DNA of 33,976 nucleotides from an uncultured bacterium (GTDB lineage Bacteria; Cyanobacteriota; Vampirovibrionia; Gastranaerophilales; Gastranaerophilaceae): NCBI GenBank assembly GCA_900314375.1, contig OMVC01000094.1, positions 1 to 33,976 of the forward strand, read 5' to 3'. Shown piece by piece: positions 33,848 to 33,976 of this stretch (position 1 is its first letter; each line of letters starts with the position of its first letter). The notes under the pieces were generated by a model. It saw only the letters and a program-made list of their open reading frames with translations, ran no database searches and was not told where the DNA came from. The position numbers and the translations under genes were made by a program.

Positions 33848-33880
33848 AAAAAGGGATTCTCGTCACACTCTATACACAAA

Positions 33881-33914
33881 ATAGCAGGGTATAACGTATG
33901 TTATACCCTGCTAT
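33881..33914 (-). terminator. Intrinsic terminator immediately 3' of tRNA-Leu (15-bp perfect stem ATAGCAGGGTATAAC/GTTATACCCTGCTAT, then TTTGTGT)
   Basis: Read directly from the sequence. Confidence 0.75.
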
Positions 33915-33915
33915 T

Positions 33916-33976
33916 TGGGCATGAAGAGACTCGAACTCCCACGCTTTCGCACTAGTTCCTAAGACTAGCGTGTCTA
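33916..33976 (-). tRNA. tRNA-Leu (anticodon UAG), 3' two-thirds only; the 5' acceptor and D arm lie beyond the window end
   Basis: The reverse complement reads ...CTAGT CTTAGGA ACTAG (anticodon stem-loop, anticodon TAG, G37), GTGC GAAA GCGT (long variable arm), GGGAG TTCGAGT CTCTT (T arm) and CATGCCC A (acceptor 3' strand plus discriminator A). CCA is not encoded. Confidence 0.8.

Noticed and set aside
1-33976. CRISPR arrays, IS elements/transposases, integrases and rRNA genes
   Set aside because: I saw no regularly spaced direct repeats with unique spacers, no transposase- or integrase-like ORFs, and no rRNA-like conserved segments on either strand.

Overview
AT-rich bacterial chromosomal window. 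The taxon cannot be determined from the window; the gene content suggests a diderm, fermentative anaerobe. The left half (188-16852, minus strand) is one giant two-partner-secretion (TPS) exoprotein gene of about 5,553 codons. A single in-frame TGA separates its N-terminal TPS secretion domain from the 5,430-codon body, and its extreme C-terminus carries a PilZ-type (c-di-GMP receptor) signature. The cognate TpsB transporter is encoded divergently (17012-18943). Next is a compact 2.6 kb cassette (18990-21563) bounded by two copies of an identical 15-nt palindrome-containing promoter/operator sequence. These drive two convergent operons. One encodes a small coiled-coil protein and a secreted Cys-rich protein. 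The other encodes a WYL-domain regulator, an FtsZ-C-terminal-domain-like ORF (frameshifted in an A7 run) and a NUMOD4/HNH nuclease. This cassette is my best candidate for an undescribed defence- or stress-type system. Housekeeping genes follow: thrS (no TGS domain), flavodoxin, and a pyruvate formate-lyase operon with two oddities. pflB is split just upstream of its glycyl-radical domain by a 208-nt spacer, and pflA carries an in-frame GC-rich palindromic insertion. The right third (27.6-33.6 kb) holds orphan genes, an SGNH hydrolase and dispersed-type hairpin repeats. It ends in a partial tRNA-Leu(UAG) preceded by two further copies of that tRNA's 3' end. One copy has its T-loop split by a 110-nt GC-rich, highly structured insert bracketed by terminators, a candidate novel small RNA. 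I saw no rRNA, CRISPR array, transposase or integrase. All domain calls come from reading the translations by eye; no searches were run.
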